Below are positions 53,492 through 53,821 of a stretch of DNA of 53,821 nucleotides, in pieces; positions within the stretch are counted from its first letter, which is position 1, and every line of letters starts with the position of its first letter. The DNA comes from a virus (taxonomy: Duplodnaviria; Caudoviricetes): positions 1 through 53,821 of the IMG/VR virus record IMGVR_UViG_3300037993_000169. One strand, 5' to 3'. Both the position numbers and the translations under genes were made by a program. The notes beneath the pieces are model-generated. The model saw only the letters and a program-made list of their open reading frames with translations. It did not search any database and was not told where the DNA came from.

Positions 53492-53821
53492 ATGCCTGAT
53501 CGCATTAATAGGTTGACCGAAGAGCAAGAGAAAATGATGCCGGAGTGGGCCAAGAAGTGGATAGCAATAGGACTCCGCACCGGCGAGACGGATTGGGATA
53601 CCTTCGATAAGTACATGCCCGTCTGCTACGACAAAGCGGGCATCAAATACCCTGCCAGGGTGATACGGGTAAAATCGCCTCTCGTGGGGGCTTTAGCCGC
53701 TTGCGTGGCGGAAGCCATCTTACGCAAGCGGCGCGGCGCAGTTCGCGACGCAGTTGGCGACGCAGTTGGCGGCGCAGTTGGCGACGCAGTTGGCGACGCA
53801 GTTCACGACGCAGTTCGCGAC
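53492..53821 (+). CDS. 5' part of the DUF6745-like repeat protein (continues at base 1)
   Basis: MPDRINRLTEEQEKMMPEWAKKWIAIGL...VKSPL...AVRDAVGD; no stop before the window end; exactly 110 codons. Confidence 0.8.
   Translation, partial: MPDRINRLTEEQEKMMPEWAKKWIAIGLRTGETDWDTFDKYMPVCYDKAGIKYPARVIRVKSPLVGALAACVAEAILRKRRGAVRDAVGDAVGGAVGDAVGDAVHDAVRD
53732..53821 (+). repeat. 12-bp coding tandem repeat, same family as 1-222
   Basis: GCAGTT(G/C)(G/A)CG(A/G)C units run to the last base. Confidence 0.97.

Noticed and set aside
1-53821. Alternative genetic code or stop-codon reassignment
   Set aside because: Core genes are full-length under the standard code, and TAA, TAG and TGA all serve as stops.

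Overview
This window looks like a complete or near-complete ~53.8 kb tailed-phage genome with a P22-like (podovirus) virion module. It is opened inside a 12-bp coding tandem repeat: the gene starting at 53492 continues in frame at 1-918. Gene order: SMC/SbcC-like ATPase, RecT and MBL-fold nuclease (recombination); initiator with iterons, loader-like protein and RusA (replication); a small reverse-strand island resembling a decayed IS1595 element; an HTH regulator; terminase and GroES; portal; a five-gene glycosyltransferase/radical-SAM cassette; scaffold, P22-gp5-like coat and Ser/Thr-rich head fibre; a GT2-TPR glycosyltransferase; gp4/gp10-like tail proteins; ejection proteins; an ATP-grasp/GNAT pair; a tail fibre; a run of adhesin-like genes with signal peptides; a SleB-type endolysin; and a reverse-strand radical-SAM/GNAT/DNA-methyltransferase fusion next to a MazG-like gene. 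I saw no integrase, CI-type repressor, DNA polymerase, tRNA or CRISPR array. Best candidates for new biology: (1) a late-expressed virion glycosylation and glycan-tailoring system, (2) Sec-exported, Cys-rich receptor-binding-like proteins inside the tail module, and (3) a three-domain DNA-modification enzyme. All calls come from reading motifs and synteny by eye; no database searches were run.
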